Of a stretch of DNA of 10,201 nt, positions 7,240-10,201 are shown piece by piece (positions within the stretch are counted from its first letter, which is position 1; each line of letters opens with the position of its first letter). Source of the stretch: Fibrobacterales bacterium (lineage in GTDB: Bacteria; Fibrobacterota; Fibrobacteria; Fibrobacterales; JAOPTW01); NCBI GenBank assembly GCA_051532035.1, contig JAOPTW010000071.1, forward strand, positions 1-10,201. Reading direction: 5' to 3'. The notes under the pieces were generated by a model. It saw nothing but the letters and a program-made list of their open reading frames with translations, was not told where the DNA came from and searched no databases. Position numbers and translations under genes: made by a program.

Positions 7240-7268
7240 AGAATATAGCGTACTCAAAGCGTACTCAA
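7240..7268 (-). promoter_or_regulatory. Sigma70-type promoter of the discoidin gene overlapped by an 11-bp tandem repeat
   Basis: Minus strand TTGAGT (7268-7263), 17-bp spacer, TATTCT (7245-7240); AGCGTACTCAA occurs twice in tandem at 7247-7268. Confidence 0.55.
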
Positions 7269-7432
7269 AAAATAAAGTTACACACCAGAATCAATTAATA
7301 ATATTACAACAGAGAAGCACTTACTCTACGAACAATTAACCTTTTATCTTAACAACACAAGAGTTGTATCAAAAAATAAAGAATACTGAAATCCCTAAAA
7401 TTTGAAGCAAATAAAAACGACTATGGAAGCGT

Positions 7433-9664
7433 TTAAAAACCTCCCACCGTACTCACCCCAGCATTCCCAGAGTTAACAACAGTATTCGAGCCACTTTCCC
7501 ACACAACGCCCTTTTTCGGGTTGTATTGATTGCGTTTGAGGCACTTCCACTCTAATGCCGTGTTTGCGGGTATATTGAACACTCCTTCCCAAATAGGATA
7601 GCGAGTAGGCTCAAGCTTACGAGCTCCTCCTTCATTCCAACCACCCAGTTCGGGAATATTACCAACAACATAGACACTCTGTCCCATAACAGTAGAACCA
7701 TTATGACAAGTAAAGGTTACCGGCACATTTCCGGATGAACAATTGTGTGTACATTGATCATCAATACGAACACCTCTATGTATGGCTACAGCACCTGTTG
7801 CTGGAACTGTCATTTGAGCCATCCCACTTTCATTCACCGAGATAACCGTGCCCGTACACGCTTTGGTTACCGGATTAAAGTCACCGGTAATAGCATCGCA
7901 ATAAGTACCCACAGGCATACCCGTATTAAAGGTACGCGATAAGATACTCCCTTCCATATTAAGAGCAACATAGCCTAATCCTCCACGCCCCCATGCAATT
8001 TGACTCCCACCATTTGTCCAAAAGTCTGTCACGTACGGGGCACTGTGTGTGTAGTTCCTAAACTGCACCATGTTATAAATGGGGCGCGATCTGTGTTCAC
8101 ACAGCCAACCGTCCCTACAGGTACTCGCCCCTGTTGTTGGTGGCCCTTGATCATGATTAGCCCAGTCATAACTCGACATAACTTTAGGGTAGCCATAAGG
8201 CCATCCGAGGGTAAAGATATGGGCGCAATTATTCACCCCCTCCCCATCTTTATGGGTGATCGTATTATCAGTATTTTGGCGTTGATTATCGTGATTTGCA
8301 ACAAATACAACGGCGCTATTACTTGGAAGCCACCCTGACCAGGTGCCAATATTTGAGAGCTCGTGCAGTGGTGCACGTCTCTTAAAGTAGTGCCCAATAG
8401 TTCGAGTAAAATTGAATTCCGTCACCCCGCCAACACCAGTATATTCTGAAGGCTTAATGGGTTCAGTCCCCGCTCCAATTACTTCTTGAAATATATAGGG
8501 GTTTCCCGTCAATTTCCTTTTAATTGCAGCAAGGTCTGAAGCAGGCATGTGCTTAGCCGCATCTATACGAAACCCAGCAACGCCAAGGCTAATTAGGTCG
8601 TTCAAATACGCCGCAATTTTATTACGCACATCCTCTTTTTCCGTCGCAAGATCATTGAGTCCGAGCAGGTCACAATTCTGAACCTCCCAGCGGTCTGTAA
8701 AATTTGTGATGCTTGTACACCCATGAAAATCACCAGACGCGTAAGGAACCTCAGGATAATTTCTACCCCGTGCTGCCATGTGATTAATTACAGCATCTAC
8801 ATATATATCTACCCCAACCGCCTTACAGCGCTGCACCATATCTGTAAATGCTGCGCGACTTCCTGAACGCCCCTCTATAGCGTAACTCATTGGTTGATAA
8901 CGAGTCCACCACACGTCTCCTGCGATGGATTTTTGTGGAGGTGATACCTGTACCGCAGCAAAGCCCCCTGGGCCAAGTACGTTTTCACATTCTAGAGCAA
9001 TATCGGCCCACTGCCATTCAAAAAGATGTACAAATGCAGTACGGGGAAGCGTATTCGCAGGAGGAACAATGATCGAGACAGAGCTTGAGCTACTGGGTGT
9101 GATAGATACATAAGAAGAAGAAAGCTCACTACTCGACACCGCATCAGGGGCTGAGCTACTCACTTTGATACTGCTAGAACTTACTGCAATTACTGAACTG
9201 CTTAATTCAGGAATACCGGACGACATATTCATCCCTGATTCACTGGAATGCTGGTTACTCGATTGCACTCCTACTGAAGATAGTGTTAATCGTGTACTGC
9301 TCGAAAGTATCGTATCGTTTTGTGCAATCACCCCTGTATCATTCTGCACCGTGCTCCTTGACAAACCAATCACAGTGAGCGAACTACTTGAGCCACTCAA
9401 CCTATCAAGACTATCAAGACTATCAAGAGAAATAGAACTCATTTCTACACTACTCACCGTCATATTTTCAGGTAAGGAACTACTCAAAGAATCACTATCC
9501 ATTGATGATACCGATCTGAATTCTTGATAACTTGATTGAAACTGTTCACTTTCTTGGCTACTACTTTCTATAGAAGCATGAAGTGAATCGATGGGAGAAA
9601 TCCCCTTACCGCATGCCATAAAAAACAGCACGCATAAACACAATACAAAGTATAGTGTATACAT
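7433..9664 (-). CDS. Alpha-amylase (GH13, animal-like bacterial type) lipoprotein with Ser-rich linker and C-terminal CBM20
   Basis: Lipobox-like FFMA-C (Cys codon 9613-9611); ~185 aa Ser-rich region; AFVHLFEW, DAVINH, GFRIDAAKH (nucleophile Asp), FQEV (Glu), VANHD (Asp), WLCEHR; CBM20 TVMGQSVYVVGNIPELGGW...LEWKC...WESGSN. Alternative start TTG 9703. Confidence 0.95.
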   Translation of the reverse strand: MYTLYFVLCLCVLFFMACGKGISPIDSLHASIESSSQESEQFQSSYQEFRSVSSMDSDSLSSSLPENMTVSSVEMSSISLDSLDSLDRLSGSSSSLTVIGLSRSTVQNDTGVIAQNDTILSSSTRLTLSSVGVQSSNQHSSESGMNMSSGIPELSSSVIAVSSSSIKVSSSAPDAVSSSELSSSYVSITPSSSSSVSIIVPPANTLPRTAFVHLFEWQWADIALECENVLGPGGFAAVQVSPPQKSIAGDVWWTRYQPMSYAIEGRSGSRAAFTDMVQRCKAVGVDIYVDAVINHMAARGRNYPEVPYASGDFHGCTSITNFTDRWEVQNCDLLGLNDLATEKEDVRNKIAAYLNDLISLGVAGFRIDAAKHMPASDLAAIKRKLTGNPYIFQEVIGAGTEPIKPSEYTGVGGVTEFNFTRTIGHYFKRRAPLHELSNIGTWSGWLPSNSAVVFVANHDNQRQNTDNTITHKDGEGVNNCAHIFTLGWPYGYPKVMSSYDWANHDQGPPTTGASTCRDGWLCEHRSRPIYNMVQFRNYTHSAPYVTDFWTNGGSQIAWGRGGLGYVALNMEGSILSRTFNTGMPVGTYCDAITGDFNPVTKACTGTVISVNESGMAQMTVPATGAVAIHRGVRIDDQCTHNCSSGNVPVTFTCHNGSTVMGQSVYVVGNIPELGGWNEGGARKLEPTRYPIWEGVFNIPANTALEWKCLKRNQYNPKKGVVWESGSNTVVNSGNAGVSTVGGF
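9402..9428. repeat. In-frame 9-bp tandem repeat (CTATCAAGA x3) in the amylase linker
   Basis: Exact copies at 9402-9410, 9411-9419 and 9420-9428, encoding SLD-SLD-SLD on the minus strand. Confidence 0.85.
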
Positions 9665-9805
9665 TTTTAACCCCAGAATATGTTGTGTGTCCTTGAGGGT
9701 CAATATACATTTTTACCATTTAATTTTCAGGTTAAACGACATTATTAGTCTACATATATTAAAAGAGGTAATCATTTAAAGGAAGCCTCAAGTAAAATTC
9801 TACTT

Positions 9806-10201
9806 TTACTTGGGAACTCGTTGTATTGCCTTATCTATTACCTGGCTCAACTCAATGTCTCTATAAGGCTTTTGTATAAATCCTGCAAGGCCATCCTTAT
9901 TGAGTCCATCAAGTTTTTCGCTATTAGTAAAACCAGAGGAGAGAATTACATTACAGGATTCTTGAACTTTTTTTAACTCATAAAATGCTTCCCGACCATT
10001 CATTACAGGCATTATCATATCCATAAGAACTAGGGTAATTTCAGAATGTCGAGCCTTGAATATGTCAACAGCTTCAGAACCATCTTTAGCCAAAATCACC
10101 GTATACCCCATATCTTCAAGCATAAATTTACCTGTAATTCTAATAATTTCCTCATCATCTACCAGAAGAATCAGACCTACCCCTTTAACCAGGGCACCAT
10201 C
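9806..10201 (-). CDS. 5'-truncated gene: C-terminal receiver (REC) domain, probably of a hybrid sensor histidine kinase
   Basis: The frame is open to the window edge: DGALVKGVGLILLVDDEEIIRITGKFMLEDMGY...LVLMDMIMPVMNG...ILSSGF...FIQKPY. The 'KG.G.IL+VDDE' lead-in is typical of CckA-like hybrid kinases. The ORF-track start at 10123 is internal. Confidence 0.88.
   Translation of the reverse strand, partial: DGALVKGVGLILLVDDEEIIRITGKFMLEDMGYTVILAKDGSEAVDIFKARHSEITLVLMDMIMPVMNGREAFYELKKVQESCNVILSSGFTNSEKLDGLNKDGLAGFIQKPYRDIELSQVIDKAIQRVPK

Noticed and set aside
3714..7282. Shared 11-mer ATAAAGTTACA at 3714-3724 and 7272-7282 in two promoter regions
   Set aside because: AT-rich, only two copies, and in opposite orientation relative to the downstream genes; chance is plausible without a genome-wide test.
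7059..7298. 79-aa plus-strand ORF, and the ORF-track start at 7192 for the discoidin gene
   Set aside because: The ORF is antisense over the signal peptide and promoter. ATG 7132 has the SD and yields a proper signal peptide.
7745..9779. Plus-strand ORFs within or overlapping the amylase, including 9165-9527
   Set aside because: Antisense shadows; the Leu/Glu-rich one merely mirrors the Ser codons.
1..10201. CRISPR array, IS/transposase, integron, shufflon, tRNA/rRNA or known riboswitch
   Set aside because: No spaced repeats, recombinase, terminal inverted repeats or recognisable RNA consensus were seen by eye; an Rfam scan would be decisive for RNAs.

Overview
AT-rich bacterial chromosomal window with about 10 genes. 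In order: the 3' end of a type-1 periplasmic binding protein gene, tightly coupled to a membrane sensor histidine kinase; a small DsbB/BdbC + DsbA/BdbD disulfide-forming pair; a probably exported START-domain protein behind a perfect FNR/CRP-family box; a divergent cysteine hydrolase / GlxA-family AraC regulator pair with a tandem operator; a long bidirectional terminator; a secreted F5/8C (discoidin/CBM32) protein with an unrecognised 2-Cys C-terminal module and signs of high expression; a Ser-rich lipoprotein alpha-amylase (GH13 + CBM20); and the C-terminal receiver domain of a probable hybrid kinase. The Ser-rich lipoprotein linker is reminiscent of Fibrobacterota (inference only). I see no mobile element, CRISPR array, tRNA/rRNA or defence system, and cannot demonstrate a new multi-gene system. 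The best novelty candidates are the discoidin + unknown C-terminal module protein, the binding protein/kinase signalling pair, the FNR-box-controlled START protein and the chimeric amylase.
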